Shown: positions 46,493 to 60,357 of the stretch, one piece after another
Numbering within the stretch: the stretch's first letter is position 1
How the letters are laid out: every line of letters begins with the position of its first letter
Assembly (NCBI GenBank): GCA_963665325.3
Contig: CAXXWS020000002.1
Location: forward strand, 800,001 to 864,000
Origin: Alphaproteobacteria bacterium
GTDB lineage: Bacteria > Pseudomonadota > Alphaproteobacteria > Bin95
Reading direction: 5' to 3'
DNA: 64,000 bases
The notes under the pieces: generated by a model
Told to the model about the DNA's origin: nothing
What the model saw: the letters and a program-made list of their open reading frames with translations, nothing else
The model's database searches: none
Program-made: the position numbers and the translations under genes

Positions 46493-47179
46493 CTAAACCA
46501 CCTTCACCTCAATCCGCCCCACACCCTCGACTTCGCCTTCGAGGCGGTCGCCGGTGGAGACGGCGGCGACGCCGGCGGGGGTGCCGGTCATGATGAGGTC
46601 GCCCGGCATGAGGGCGAAGAGTGCCGAAATGTGTGCGATCACCTCCGGCAGGCTCCAGATCATCTGCGAGATGTCCCCGTCCTGCCTGAGCTCGCCATTG
46701 ACATGCAGGCGCACCGCACCCGTCTCGGGATGGCCGATCTCGCTCGCCATAACCACGGGTGAGCAGGGCGCGGCGTGGTCGAACGCCTTGCCGATCTCCC
46801 AGGGCCGGCCGAGCTGCTTGGCGACGCCCTGGAGGTCGCGTCGCGTCATGTCGAGGCCGGCGGCATAGCCGAAGACATGGCCGAGCGCGTCCTCTTCGCG
46901 GATGTCCCGCCCGCCGGTGCCGATGGCGGCCACCAGCTCCATCTCGTGGTGCAGGTCAGCCGTGCCGGGCGGGTAGGGCATGTCGCCGCCGCCTGCGACG
47001 ATGGAAGTCGCGGGCTTCATGAAGAAGAAGGGCGGTTCGCGGTCCGGGTCGTGGCCCATCTCGCGGGTATGCTCGGCATAGTTGCGGCCGACGCAGAATA
47101 TCCGGCCGACTGGAAAGACCGCCTCCGATCCTTTGACCGCCAGGACCGTCATGGCCGGGGCCGGAACCGCATAAGTCAT
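46493..47179 (-). CDS. Fumarylacetoacetate hydrolase family protein (acylpyruvate hydrolase-like)
   Basis: IFCVGRNYAEH, PFFFMKP, HHEMEL, DMTRRDLQ, GKAFD, TGTPAGV. Confidence 0.92.
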   Translation of the reverse strand: MTYAVPAPAMTVLAVKGSEAVFPVGRIFCVGRNYAEHTREMGHDPDREPPFFFMKPATSIVAGGGDMPYPPGTADLHHEMELVAAIGTGGRDIREEDALGHVFGYAAGLDMTRRDLQGVAKQLGRPWEIGKAFDHAAPCSPVVMASEIGHPETGAVRLHVNGELRQDGDISQMIWSLPEVIAHISALFALMPGDLIMTGTPAGVAAVSTGDRLEGEVEGVGRIEVKVV

Positions 47180-47333
47180 GATGCCGCTTCCTTCGCTTAC
47201 GGGACGCGCCGCATCTTGCCCGCCGCCAGCAGGCAGTCAAGCAAGTGCCCGCGCGTTTTTCATTGCCCAGCGTGTCACCGCGTGGAAACATTGGGCACCG
47301 GTCGACGGGACGGACCGGCAGTGGGGAGGGAGA

Positions 47334-49346
47334 ATGAGCACGAACGCGCGGTGCGTGGCCCTTGTGGGCCCTTATCTCAGCGGCAAGACCAGCCTGATGG
47401 AAGCCATGTTGCACGCCGCCGGGGCCGTGACGCGCAAGGGCACGGTCAAGGAAGGCAACACGGTCGGCGACGCCTCGCCCGAATCACGCGACCGGAACAT
47501 GAGCACGGAGATCCTGCCGGCGCGCTTCAACTATCTGGGCGACGACTGGACGGTGTTGGATTGCCCGGGTTCGGTCGAATTTCTGCAGGAGGCGATGCAC
47601 GGCGCCGTCGTCGCCGACATTGCGGTGGTGGTCTGCGAACCGGACCCGGCGCGCGCAATCATGCTGGCGCCCATCCTGCGCTTCCTCGACACGCGCAACA
47701 TCCCGCACGTCATCTTCATCAACAAGGTCGATACCGTGACGCAGGGTCTGGCGGAAACCATGGAGGCGTTGCAGGGGGTCTCCAGCAAGTCGCTGGTGGT
47801 GCGCCATATTCCCGTGGTCGAGGGCGAGGTCGTGTCGGGCTATGTCGATCTCATCAGCGAGCGCGCCTACAGCTACAGCGAAGGGGGGCCCTCGGAACTC
47901 ATCAGCGTGCCGGAAGCGCTGGGGGACGACAGCGAACTCGCACGCCAGGAGCTTATGGAGGAGCTTTCGAACTTCGACGACTCGCTGCTCGAGGCGCTTC
48001 TGGAAGAAGCCACCCCGGCGCGGGACGAGATCTATGCCTACTTCAAGGCCGCGCTGGCGGAAGGCCATGTCGTGCCGGTGATGCTGGGCGCCGCAGAGCG
48101 CGACCACGGCGTCCGCCGTCTCCTGAAGGCGCTCCGCCACGACACGCCGGATGTCTCGCGCGCCGCTGGCCGGTTCGGGGCCGGCGAGGACGCCGCGGTG
48201 CAGGTTTTCAAGACCTATCACGCGCAGCACCAGGGCAAGCAGAATCTCGGGCGCGTCCTGTCCGGCGCACTCCGCGAGGGCGACCACCTGGGCGGGGAAC
48301 GCATCGGCAATCTCTCCACAATGCATGGCGCCGCGCTGACGAAAGTGGCCTCTGCGGAGGCGGGCGACGTCGTCGCCATCGGCCGGCTGGACGCCTTCGA
48401 GACCGGGCAGATGCTGACCGCCGGCGGCGCGGAGAAGCCCGGCGCCTGGCCGGCGCGGCTCAGCCCGATCTACGCCATAGCGCTCCATGCCGAAAAGCGC
48501 AGCGACGAGGTGAAGCTGTCCGGCGCCCTGCAGCGGCTTGTCGAGGAGGACTCCTCCTACCGCATCGAGGCCAATCCGGAGACGCATCAATTGCTGCTCT
48601 GGGGCCAGGGCGACCAGCAATTGCAGGTCGGCGTCGCGCGGCTGCAAAGCAAATACCACATCGCCGTCGAGACCGAGCGCCCGCAGACCCCCTATTGCGA
48701 GACCATCCGCAAGGCGACGCAGCAGCATTCGCGTTTCAAGCGCCAGTCGGGCGGGCACGGGCAGTTCGGCGATGTGCTGGTCGATATCGCGCCGCTGCCG
48801 AGGGGCGAGGGTTTCGCCTTCGAGGAGAAGGTGGTCGGCGGCTCGGTGCCGCGCCAGTTCATCCCCGCGGTGGAAACCGGCGTTCGTGAGTTCCTGTCGC
48901 GCGGGCCGCTCGGCTTCCCGGTCGTGGACGTCGTGGTGACGCTGAAGGACGGCAAGCACCATCCCGTGGACAGCTCCGAGCAGGCCTTCAAGACCGCCGG
49001 GCGGCTGGCCATGAGCGAGGGGCTGCCGAATTGCAGCCCGATCCTGCTGGAGCCGATCCTGAAGGTGCAGGTGCATGTGCCTTCGGAATACACGGCGAAT
49101 ATCCAGCGGCTGCTGGCCGGCCGGCGCGGCCAGATACTCGGCTTCGACGCCCGCGAGGGCTGGGCCGGATGGGACCGGGTCGATGCCTTCCTGCCTCAGT
49201 CGGAAATGTCCGACATGATTATCGAACTGCGCTCGCTCACGCTGGGCGTCGGCACGTTCGACTGGGAATTCGACCATCTCCAGGAACTGTCCGGAAAGCT
49301 CGCCGACGATATCGTCGAGGCGCGCAAGCAAGCGGAGGCGCATTGA
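47334..49346 (+). CDS. Elongation factor G paralog (EF-G II type)
   Basis: GPYLSGKT, DCPGS, NKVD, KRQSGGHGQFG, HPVDSSE, LLEPI, domain V; 670 aa. Confidence 0.9.
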   Translation: MSTNARCVALVGPYLSGKTSLMEAMLHAAGAVTRKGTVKEGNTVGDASPESRDRNMSTEILPARFNYLGDDWTVLDCPGSVEFLQEAMHGAVVADIAVVVCEPDPARAIMLAPILRFLDTRNIPHVIFINKVDTVTQGLAETMEALQGVSSKSLVVRHIPVVEGEVVSGYVDLISERAYSYSEGGPSELISVPEALGDDSELARQELMEELSNFDDSLLEALLEEATPARDEIYAYFKAALAEGHVVPVMLGAAERDHGVRRLLKALRHDTPDVSRAAGRFGAGEDAAVQVFKTYHAQHQGKQNLGRVLSGALREGDHLGGERIGNLSTMHGAALTKVASAEAGDVVAIGRLDAFETGQMLTAGGAEKPGAWPARLSPIYAIALHAEKRSDEVKLSGALQRLVEEDSSYRIEANPETHQLLLWGQGDQQLQVGVARLQSKYHIAVETERPQTPYCETIRKATQQHSRFKRQSGGHGQFGDVLVDIAPLPRGEGFAFEEKVVGGSVPRQFIPAVETGVREFLSRGPLGFPVVDVVVTLKDGKHHPVDSSEQAFKTAGRLAMSEGLPNCSPILLEPILKVQVHVPSEYTANIQRLLAGRRGQILGFDAREGWAGWDRVDAFLPQSEMSDMIIELRSLTLGVGTFDWEFDHLQELSGKLADDIVEARKQAEAH

Positions 49347-50134
49347 TGTCGAGAGCCGAAACAGCCGCAGCCTTCCTGCGCGAGGCGCGCCTCGCCGGGC
49401 GCCGCGAGCCGGCGATCCCCGAAGCCTGCGCGCCTCGGGACGAGGCGGAGGCCAAGGCCGTCTGGCAGGCGCTGCACGCCATGGAGGACCGCAGGATCGT
49501 CGGCTGGAAGATCGGCGCGACCGCAACGGCAGCGCAGCAGGCGATGGGGCTTTCCGGGCCTTTCGCCGGGCATATCTGCGAGGGCATGGTCGATGAGGGG
49601 GCCGAGATCGAATACCGGTTGGCCGACCTGCTGGGGCCGATCTACGAAAGCGAATACGGCTTCCGGCTGTCCGCCGACCTGCCGGCGCGCGAGCAGCCCT
49701 ACAGCCGGGAGGAGATCGAGGGCGCCATCGGATCGCTGATCGCAGGAATCGAGCTTCCGGAGCGCCGCCTTGCCGACGACCAGCCGCTCGGCCCGATCGG
49801 CACCATCGCCGACCATGGCGGCACCGGGCGCTACATCGTCGCGCACGAGTTCGAGGACTGGCGGGGTATCGACTGCGTGGACCAGGAGGTAAGCCTGACC
49901 TTCAACGGCGTGGAGGCCGGGCGCGGCACCGGCCGGGCGATGATGGGCCATCCGGTCGAGGCGGTGCGCTGGCTTGCCAACCACCTCTCCGGTCTGGGCC
50001 TCGGCATGACAGCAGGCCAATTCGTGACCACGGGGTCCTGCACGGGCGTGCTGCCGGTTCCGGGACCGGACACGCTGGCGGTCTCCGATTTCGGGCCTCT
50101 CGGGCTTGTCCGGGTGAACTTCGCGGGGTCGTAG
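49346..50134 (+). CDS. 2-keto-4-pentenoate hydratase family protein
   Basis: GWKIGAT, ESEYGF, GIEL, GHPVEAVRWLAN, VTTGSCTG. Confidence 0.85.
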   Translation: MSRAETAAAFLREARLAGRREPAIPEACAPRDEAEAKAVWQALHAMEDRRIVGWKIGATATAAQQAMGLSGPFAGHICEGMVDEGAEIEYRLADLLGPIYESEYGFRLSADLPAREQPYSREEIEGAIGSLIAGIELPERRLADDQPLGPIGTIADHGGTGRYIVAHEFEDWRGIDCVDQEVSLTFNGVEAGRGTGRAMMGHPVEAVRWLANHLSGLGLGMTAGQFVTTGSCTGVLPVPGPDTLAVSDFGPLGLVRVNFAGS

Positions 50135-50176
50135 CCGGCTGGATTTTCAGCCTGCCGCTGCTATGGTCGCGGCCCC

Positions 50177-50962
50177 ATGAGAATACCGCTTTACCAGGTG
50201 GACGCCTTTGCGGACCGGGCGTTCGCCGGCAATCCGGCCGCCGTCTGCCTGCTGGAGCAATGGCCCGAGGATTCGCTGCTGCAATCCATCGCGCTCGAGA
50301 ACAATCTTTCGGAGACGGCCTTCCTGGTGCCCGAGGGCCTGGTCTGGCGGTTGCGCTGGTTCACGCCCAGGGTCGAGGTCGATCTGTGCGGCCACGCAAC
50401 GCTTGCCTCCGCCCATGTCGTGTTCGAGAACATCCAGCAGCAGGCGCAGAAGGTCGAGTTTGAGACGCGCAGCGGTCGGCTGACCGTCTATCGCAACGGC
50501 CCCGTGCTGAGCATGGAATTCCCCGCGAACCCTCCGAAGGCGGCGCCGGAGCCGCAAGGCCTGGCGGAGGCGCTGGGAGCAGCTCCCGAAGCGGTCCTGA
50601 CGGCGCAATTCATATGGGTGGCGGTGTTCGGCGACGAGGCGGCGGTCCGTGCGCTCGATCCCGATTTCCGGCGGCTTGCCGCCCTGAACGGCGGGATTAC
50701 CGCAGCCACGGCGCCGGGCGATGAGGTCGATTTCGTATCGCGCTGCTTCGCGCCGGGCAAGGGGATCGACGAAGATCCGGTGACGGGCTCCGCGCATTGC
50801 GCGCTCGCGCCCTACTGGGCGAACCGCCTTGGCAAAACGGCATTGACGGCCCGGCAGGTGTCGGAGCGCGGCGGGCGGCTGGCCTGTACCCTGCAGGGAG
50901 ACCGTGTGCTCATTTCCGGACGCGCGGCGCCATATCTCAGCGGGACGATAGAGCTGCCATGA
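50177..50962 (+). CDS. PhzF family isomerase/epimerase
   Basis: QVDAF, GNPAAV, NLSETAF, EVDLCGHATLA, EDPVTGSAHC. Confidence 0.92.
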   Translation: MRIPLYQVDAFADRAFAGNPAAVCLLEQWPEDSLLQSIALENNLSETAFLVPEGLVWRLRWFTPRVEVDLCGHATLASAHVVFENIQQQAQKVEFETRSGRLTVYRNGPVLSMEFPANPPKAAPEPQGLAEALGAAPEAVLTAQFIWVAVFGDEAAVRALDPDFRRLAALNGGITAATAPGDEVDFVSRCFAPGKGIDEDPVTGSAHCALAPYWANRLGKTALTARQVSERGGRLACTLQGDRVLISGRAAPYLSGTIELP

Positions 50963-51906
50963 CACTGCCCGGAAAGACGGAAATCGAGGCGGCGGCCGAA
51001 CTGGTTTACGGCGCCTTCCCGGCGACGCCGGAGCGGGTCTGGCCGCTGCTGGCCGAGCGCGCTGGCGCGGAGGTGTGGGTCAAGCACGAGAACCACACGC
51101 CCATCGGCGCCTTCAAGATTCGCGGCGGTCTGGCCTACATGGCCCAGTGCGAAGCCGACGGCATGGTGACCGCGACGCGCGGCAATCACGGGCAATCCGT
51201 CGCCTATGCCGCCCGGCAGGCCGGTAAGCGGGTTACGGTCGTGGTGCCGGAGGGCAACAGCCGGGAGAAGAATGCTGCCATGCGGGCCTTCGGGGCCGAC
51301 CTCGTGGTGCATGGCAGCGATTTCCAGGATGCCTTCGAGCATGCCCGCGCGCTTGCCGAAGGCGAGGGCCTGCATTTCCTGCCGTCCTTCCACCCGGCGC
51401 TTGTGGCCGGGGTGGCGACCTACAGCTACGAACTGCTGCGGGCCGCGCCGCATCTGGACACGATCTATGTCCCGATCGGTCTCGGCTCAGGCATTTGCGG
51501 AGCGATTGCCGCCCGCGAGGCGCTGGGGCTCAAGACGGAAATTGTCGGCGTCGTCGCCCGGAAGGCGCCCTGTTATGCGTTGAGCTTCGAGGCGGGCCGG
51601 GCGGTTTCCACCAACAGTGCCGACACGATGGCCGACGGCATGGCCTGCCGCACGCCCGACCAGTCTGCGCTTGCCATCGTCCTGGAGCACGCGGCGCGCG
51701 TCGTCACCGTGGACGACGGTGAGATCGAAGCGGCGATGCGCCACTATTTCACCGACACGCATAATGTGATCGAGGGCGCCGGCGCGGCGCCGCTGGCGGC
51801 GCTACTGAAGGAGCGCGACCTTATGGCCGGCAAGACGGTCGGCCTGGTGGCGAGCGGCGGCAATATCGATATCGAGGTCTATCGCCGGGTGCTGGCCGGC
51901 GGATGA
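50959..51906 (+). CDS. PLP-dependent threonine/serine dehydratase-like protein
   Basis: KHENHTPIGAFKIRGG, TRGNHG, PIGLGSG, EGAGAA, SGGNID. Confidence 0.9.
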   Translation: MTLPGKTEIEAAAELVYGAFPATPERVWPLLAERAGAEVWVKHENHTPIGAFKIRGGLAYMAQCEADGMVTATRGNHGQSVAYAARQAGKRVTVVVPEGNSREKNAAMRAFGADLVVHGSDFQDAFEHARALAEGEGLHFLPSFHPALVAGVATYSYELLRAAPHLDTIYVPIGLGSGICGAIAAREALGLKTEIVGVVARKAPCYALSFEAGRAVSTNSADTMADGMACRTPDQSALAIVLEHAARVVTVDDGEIEAAMRHYFTDTHNVIEGAGAAPLAALLKERDLMAGKTVGLVASGGNIDIEVYRRVLAGG

Positions 51907-51934
51907 GCCGGGGCGCGGGGGAGGACAGGAAACC

Positions 51935-52963
51935 ATGAAGGCGTCGATAAGCGTCGGCGGCTACGACCGGAGCGGTGGCGTCGAACTCACGGAGTTCGTG
52001 CAGGAGGCCGAGCGGCTGGGCGTGGACACCGCCTGGTCGGCCGAAGCGTGGGGGGCGGACGCCGCGACCTCGCTCGCCTTCCTCGCCGGCCGGACAGAGC
52101 GCATCCGCCTCGGCACGGGCATCATGCAGATCAGCGCCCGCGCGCCTTCCATGACCGCGATGACGGCGCTCTCGCTGCACCATCTCTCCGGCGGGCGGTT
52201 TGCGCTGGGGCTCGGCGTCAGCGGCCCGCAGGTGGTGGAAGGGCTGCATGGCGCGGCCTATGCCCGGCCGCTCTCGCGGCTCAGGGAAACGGTCGCCATC
52301 ATGCGCATGGCGTTCGCAGGCGAGAAGCTGCAGTTCGAGGGTTCCGAATACCGCCTGCCGCGGCCGGGCGGCGAGGGCAAGGCGATCCGGCTGGACTTTC
52401 CGCCGGCGGACATCCCGATCTACCTGGCGACGCTCGGGCCGCGCGCGCTCGAATATACCGGCGAGGCGGCCGACGGCTGGCTCGGCACCTCCTTTTCGCC
52501 CGACTATCCGGCAGCCCATCTCGACTATCTCCGCCGGGGCGCCGAGCGGGCGGGGCGCACGCTCTCCGACATCGACCTGGAGACGGCCTGCGCCGTCGCC
52601 ATCGACGAGGATGTGGAGCGGCTGATCGAGGAACGCCGGCCCGGCGTCGCCTTCCAGATGGGCGCCATGGGGTCCGCGCGGACCAATTTCTACAATGACG
52701 CCTTCCGCCGTGCCGGCTTTGAGGACGATGCACGCGCGATCCAGCGACTCTGGATCGAAGGCAAGCGCGAGGAGGCCGCAAAGCGTGTGCCGGACGAGAT
52801 GATTACCGCCTTCGGCGCCGTCGGATCGCCGGATATGGTGCGCGCCCGCTTCGAGACCTACCGCGATTGCGGCATTGACGGTCTCAACCTGCGCTTCGAT
52901 GCGCGCCTCGACCGACGCGCCCGGCTCGCGCAACTGGAACAGGCCATGGACCTGCTACCATGA
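51935..52963 (+). CDS. LLM-class oxidoreductase, resembling the F420-dependent Rv3520c-like group
   Basis: [43 protein letters not shown]. Confidence 0.8.
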   Translation: MKASISVGGYDRSGGVELTEFVQEAERLGVDTAWSAEAWGADAATSLAFLAGRTERIRLGTGIMQISARAPSMTAMTALSLHHLSGGRFALGLGVSGPQVVEGLHGAAYARPLSRLRETVAIMRMAFAGEKLQFEGSEYRLPRPGGEGKAIRLDFPPADIPIYLATLGPRALEYTGEAADGWLGTSFSPDYPAAHLDYLRRGAERAGRTLSDIDLETACAVAIDEDVERLIEERRPGVAFQMGAMGSARTNFYNDAFRRAGFEDDARAIQRLWIEGKREEAAKRVPDEMITAFGAVGSPDMVRARFETYRDCGIDGLNLRFDARLDRRARLAQLEQAMDLLP

Positions 52964-53652
52964 CGACGCTCGTCCTGCTGCGCCACGGACAGAGCGAGTG
53001 GAACCGCGAGGACCGGTTCACCGGCTGGGTGGATGTGGACCTGACCGAGGACGGCTTGGCGGAGGCCGAAAGGGCCGGCGACGCGCTCCGCGCGGGCGGG
53101 TTCGACTTCGATATCGCCTACACCTCGGTGCTGAAGCGCGCCGTGCGCACGCTCTGGATCGCGCTCGACCGCATGGACCGGATGTGGCTACCGGTGATCC
53201 GCGACTGGCGGCTGAACGAACGCCATTACGGCGGGCTCACCGGCCTCAACAAGCAGGAGACGCGCGAGCGCCACGGCGAGGAGCAGGTTCACATCTGGCG
53301 CCGCAGCTTCGACACGCCGCCGCCGGCGCTGGGCCACGACGATCCGCGCTGGCGGGAGCAGGCGGCGGACCGGCGGTATGCGGATGTGCCGGGCGGGGTG
53401 CCCACCTACGAAACGCTGAAGCTGACCATCGAACGGGTCCGGCCCTATTGGGACGCTGAGATCGCGCCCAGGGTCGCGCGCGGCGAGCGGGTGCTGATCT
53501 CCGCGCACGGCAACTCGCTGCGCGCGCTCATCAAGCATCTGGAAGGCATTTCCGACGAGGACATCCCCTCGTTCGAGATCGCGACCGGACGGCCGCGGAT
53601 CTATGAACTCGGGGACGACCTGAAACCCCTCAAAGTTTACGACCTGGATTGA
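52960..53652 (+). CDS. gpmA: 2,3-bisphosphoglycerate-dependent phosphoglycerate mutase
   Basis: [35 protein letters not shown]. Confidence 0.95.
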   Translation: MTTLVLLRHGQSEWNREDRFTGWVDVDLTEDGLAEAERAGDALRAGGFDFDIAYTSVLKRAVRTLWIALDRMDRMWLPVIRDWRLNERHYGGLTGLNKQETRERHGEEQVHIWRRSFDTPPPALGHDDPRWREQAADRRYADVPGGVPTYETLKLTIERVRPYWDAEIAPRVARGERVLISAHGNSLRALIKHLEGISDEDIPSFEIATGRPRIYELGDDLKPLKVYDLD

Positions 53653-53653
53653 G

Positions 53654-54442
53654 ATGAAGCTCAGCCGCCGCCCGACCGTCGCCGTGCTGCCGCTCACGGG
53701 CATCATCGGCGTTCCCGGACGCAGCGGCGCCCGCGCGCTCACCTATGAGGCCGTGGCGCCGGCTATCGAACGCGCCTTTGGCTACCGCCGGCTGAAGGCG
53801 GTCGCGCTCTCTATCAACAGTCCGGGGGGCAGCGCCGTCCAGTCCGCGCGGATCGCAGACCGTATCCGCACGCTCGGCGAGGAGAAGGGCGTGCCGGTGC
53901 TGAGCTTCGTGGACGATGTCGGGGCCTCCGGCGGATACTGGCTCGCCTGCACCGGCTCGGAGATCTTCGTGCACGAGGCGTCCATCCTCGGCTCCATCGG
54001 CGTCATCTTCGCCGGCTTCGGCTTCGACGGGGCGCTGGAGCGTCTCGGCGTCGAGCGCCGGGTGCACGCGCTGGGCGAGCGCAAGGGGATGTTGGACCCC
54101 TTCAGGCCCGAAAAGCCGGAAGACGTCGCCGCACTTCATGCCATGCAGGAAGACATCCACAATGTCTTCATCGAGTGGGTGCGCGAGCGCCGCGGCGTCC
54201 GGCTCCGGGAAGACGGCGACGAGCTGTTTTCCGGCAAGGTGTGGACGGGTCGGCAGGCGGTAGCGCTCGGCCTGGCCGACGGCGTGGGCGAGATGCGCCA
54301 GGTCATCCGCGAGCGGTTCGGCAAGAAGGTCCGGATGCGGGTCGCGCTCCGGCGGCGCCGGCGATTCCCGCTGCTGCCCGCGCTGCCGGGCCTCGCCGAT
54401 GCGCTGGAGGAGCGGTTGCTTTGGGCGCGCTATGGCCTATGA
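53654..54442 (+). CDS. S49 family peptidase
   Basis: INSPGGS, ASGGYWLA, GSIGV, LFSGKVWTG. Confidence 0.9.
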   Translation: MKLSRRPTVAVLPLTGIIGVPGRSGARALTYEAVAPAIERAFGYRRLKAVALSINSPGGSAVQSARIADRIRTLGEEKGVPVLSFVDDVGASGGYWLACTGSEIFVHEASILGSIGVIFAGFGFDGALERLGVERRVHALGERKGMLDPFRPEKPEDVAALHAMQEDIHNVFIEWVRERRGVRLREDGDELFSGKVWTGRQAVALGLADGVGEMRQVIRERFGKKVRMRVALRRRRRFPLLPALPGLADALEERLLWARYGL

Positions 54443-54469
54443 AGGGGGCAGCGAAGGGAGGACCCGCCC

Positions 54470-54658
54470 ATGCTCTGGAAATTGCTGCTTCTCGCCGCCG
54501 TCATCTTCATGGTGTTTGTTGGCTGGAAGCGGATCGAGGGCATGGCCCGCAAGGCCAACAAGCTCGTGAACAAGGCGCGGGACGAGCAGGACGGCGAGCC
54601 CATCGACCTCGAACGCGACCCGGACAGCGGGTCTTACCGGAGGCGGGACCGGGACTGA
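54470..54658 (+). CDS. Small hypothetical membrane-anchored protein
   Basis: GGGAGG SD; N-terminal hydrophobic helix; C-terminal [11 protein letters not shown]. Confidence 0.65.
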   Translation: MLWKLLLLAAVIFMVFVGWKRIEGMARKANKLVNKARDEQDGEPIDLERDPDSGSYRRRDRD

Positions 54659-54707
54659 TGCGGAAGGCCGTTGTTGCCGAACGGCGCGGCCGGGCTGCTG
54701 CCGCCCC

Positions 54708-55586
54708 ATGAAGTCCGCGCCGAGCTTCCAGGAGCTAATCCTGGCTCTCCAGCGTTTCTGGGCGGGGCAGGGTTGCGCCGTGCTGCAGCCTTACGACATG
54801 CAGGTGGGCGCCGGCACCTTCCACCCGGCGACGACGCTACGCTCGCTCGGGCCGGAGCCGTGGCGCACCGCCTATGTGCAGCCCTCGCGCCGACCGACCG
54901 ACGGGCGCTACGGCGAGAATCCCAACCGCCTCCAGCACTATTACCAGTTCCAGGTGCTGCTGAAGCCGAGCCCGCCGGACATACTGGACCTCTATTTCGC
55001 CTCGCTCGCGGCAATCGGCATCGATGCGCGCGAGCACGACCTGCGCCTCGTCGAGGACGACTGGGAGAGCCCGACGCTAGGCGCCTGGGGCCTCGGCTGG
55101 GAGGTCTGGTGCGACGGCATGGAGGTGAGCCAGTTCACCTATTTCCAGCAGGTCGGCGGCTATGACTGCAACCCGGTCTCGGGCGAGATCACCTACGGGC
55201 TGGAGCGCCTCGCCATGTATGTGCAGGGGGTAGAGAATGTCTACGACCTCGATTTCAACGGCGCGGGCCTTTCCTATGGCGATGTCTTCCTCCAGGCCGA
55301 GCGCGAGTTCTCCGCATACAATTTCGAGCATGCGGACACCGAAGCGCTGTTCCGCCACTTCGCCGATGCCGAGCGCGAGTGCGCGGCGCTCGTGGAGGCC
55401 GGGCTGGCGCTGCCGGCTTACGACCAGTGCATTCTGGCCAGCCACGCTTTCAACATGCTGGATGCGCGCGGCGTCGTGAGCGTGACGGAGCGGGCGGCCT
55501 ATATCGGGCGCGTGAGGGCGCTTGCCCGCGCGTCCGCCGGGGCTTGGCTCCGGTCGCGCGGCTATCTGGATGCACCGGCGGCATGA
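54708..55586 (+). CDS. glyQ: Glycine--tRNA ligase alpha subunit
   Basis: [51 protein letters not shown]. Confidence 0.97.
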   Translation: MKSAPSFQELILALQRFWAGQGCAVLQPYDMQVGAGTFHPATTLRSLGPEPWRTAYVQPSRRPTDGRYGENPNRLQHYYQFQVLLKPSPPDILDLYFASLAAIGIDAREHDLRLVEDDWESPTLGAWGLGWEVWCDGMEVSQFTYFQQVGGYDCNPVSGEITYGLERLAMYVQGVENVYDLDFNGAGLSYGDVFLQAEREFSAYNFEHADTEALFRHFADAERECAALVEAGLALPAYDQCILASHAFNMLDARGVVSVTERAAYIGRVRALARASAGAWLRSRGYLDAPAA

Positions 55587-57634
55587 GCGAACTGCTCGTC
55601 GAACTGTTGTCGGAGGAGATCCCGGCCCGGATGCAGGACCGGGCGCGGCGCGATTTCGAGCGCCTTGTTCTGGAGAGCCTGAAGGAAGCCGACCTCTCGC
55701 ATGGGCCCTCGCGAGCCTTCGCCACGCCGCGCCGGATCGCGCTTGTCGTCGAGGGCCTGCCGGAACGCCAGCCGGATCGCACCGAGGAGCGCAAGGGGCC
55801 GCGCGTCGGCGCGCCGGACCGGGCTATCGAGGGGTTCCTGAAAGCCGCAGGTCTCGCGAGCCTGGATGAGTGCGAGCGTCGGCAGCAGGGCAAGGCCGAG
55901 TTCTGGTTCGCGGTGCGCAGCGTGCCCGGCCGGCCGGCGCGCGAGGTGCTGGCGGAAATCGTCGCGGACGCGGTGGGGCGGCTCGCCTGGCCCAAGTCGA
56001 TGCGGTGGGGCGATGCGCCGATGCGCTATGTGCGGCCGCTGCGGAACGTACTGGCCCTCTTCGGCGGCGAGCCGCTGCGCGGCGGCGTCGAAATCGGCGG
56101 CACGGAAGGACGGCTCGACTTCTCGGACCGCACAGAGGGCCACCGCTTCATGGCGCCGGAGACGTTCTCCGTCGCCGGGTTCGCCGATTACGAGGCGAAG
56201 CTCCGGGCGGCCTTTGTCCTGATCGATGCAGAAGAGCGCGTGCAGCGTATCCGGGAGGGGGCCCCGGAGGGCGCCCGCCTCTCCGAACGCCTGCTGGCTG
56301 AGAACGCGGGGCTCACAGAATGGCCCGTGCCGGGCGTCGGCGATTTCGACCCGGCCTTCCTCGAATTGCCGCCCGAAGTGCTGGTGACAAGCATGGAGAC
56401 GCACCAGCGCTATTTTCCCGTGGACGATGAGGCCGGCGGCCTGGCGCCACGCTTCGTGTTCGTTGCCAATATCGAGGCCGGGGACGGTAATGCGGCGGTG
56501 CGCGCCGGCAATGAGCGCGTGCTGCGCGCGCGGCTCGCGGACGCCAAATTCTTCTGGGACCAGGACCGGACGCGCCGGCTCGAAGACCGCGTTGCGATGC
56601 TCGATGCGGTGGTGTTCCACGCGAAGCTCGGCAGCGTCGGAGACAAGGTCCGGCGGCTGGAACGCCTGGCGGACCGGCTCGCTGAGTTCGTGCCCGGCGC
56701 CGACTCCATGCGCTGCCGGCAGGCGGTCGGTCTGGCCAAGGCAGACCTCGTGACCGGCATGGTCGGAGAGTTCCCGGAGTTACAGGGCCTGATGGGCCGC
56801 TACTACGCCCTCGGCGAGGGACTGGACCCGGAGGTAGCCGATGCGCTGGCCGAACACTACAGGCCGCAGGGACCGGGCGACGAGGCGCCGGTTGCGCCGG
56901 TCTCAATCGTTGCGGCGCTCGCGGACAAGTTCGACACGCTGGCCGGGTTCTTCTCCATCGACGAGCGGCCGACGGGTTCGCGCGATCCGTTCGCGCTCCG
57001 CCGGGCGGCGCTCGGCATCGTGCGGATCGTGCTGGAGAACGCCCTGCGCCTTCCGCTGCGGGAGGCAATTGCTTCGGCGCTGAAAGGCTACGGCACCGAG
57101 GAAGGCGGCGAGGCGCTGTTCGCCTTCTTCGAGGATCGCCTCAAGGCGCATCTGCGCGAGCGCGGCGCCCGGCACGACCTGGTGTCGGCCGTATTCGCGC
57201 TCGGCGACGAGGACGACCTGACGCGGCTGATGGCCCGCGTTGCCTTCCTCGAACGCTTCGTGGACGAGGAGGACGGCGCCAACCTGCTGACGGCTTACAA
57301 GCGCGCCGGCAGCATCCTCGCCATTGAGGAGAAGAAGGACAGCGCCTCCTATGGCGCGGAGGCGGACCCGGCGGCCTTCGCGGTCGAAGCCGAACGCGCT
57401 CTGCACGAAGCTCTGGCGCGGGCGGGCGCGGCGGCGTCCCGTGCCGTCGAAGCGGAGGACTTTTCCGCCGCAACCCAGGCATTGGCGACCCTGCGCGCGC
57501 CGGTGGACCGGTTCTTCGACGAGGTGACTGTGAACGCCGACGATGCCGCACTCCGCGTCAACCGCCTCCGGTTGCTTGCAGGCATCCGCGCCGCGACCGC
57601 CGGCGTCGCGGACTTTTCCAGGATCGAGGGCTAA
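55583..57634 (+). CDS. glyS: Glycine--tRNA ligase beta subunit
   Basis: [50 protein letters not shown]. Confidence 0.96.
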   Translation: MSELLVELLSEEIPARMQDRARRDFERLVLESLKEADLSHGPSRAFATPRRIALVVEGLPERQPDRTEERKGPRVGAPDRAIEGFLKAAGLASLDECERRQQGKAEFWFAVRSVPGRPAREVLAEIVADAVGRLAWPKSMRWGDAPMRYVRPLRNVLALFGGEPLRGGVEIGGTEGRLDFSDRTEGHRFMAPETFSVAGFADYEAKLRAAFVLIDAEERVQRIREGAPEGARLSERLLAENAGLTEWPVPGVGDFDPAFLELPPEVLVTSMETHQRYFPVDDEAGGLAPRFVFVANIEAGDGNAAVRAGNERVLRARLADAKFFWDQDRTRRLEDRVAMLDAVVFHAKLGSVGDKVRRLERLADRLAEFVPGADSMRCRQAVGLAKADLVTGMVGEFPELQGLMGRYYALGEGLDPEVADALAEHYRPQGPGDEAPVAPVSIVAALADKFDTLAGFFSIDERPTGSRDPFALRRAALGIVRIVLENALRLPLREAIASALKGYGTEEGGEALFAFFEDRLKAHLRERGARHDLVSAVFALGDEDDLTRLMARVAFLERFVDEEDGANLLTAYKRAGSILAIEEKKDSASYGAEADPAAFAVEAERALHEALARAGAAASRAVEAEDFSAATQALATLRAPVDRFFDEVTVNADDAALRVNRLRLLAGIRAATAGVADFSRIEG

Positions 57635-57637
57635 GCG

Positions 57638-60301
<2,664 letters not shown>

Positions 60302-60357
60302 ACGCCCTTGTCCTGTCGGACGCCGCGAGCATCCGCTGATCCGCCGACAGCTCCGGC

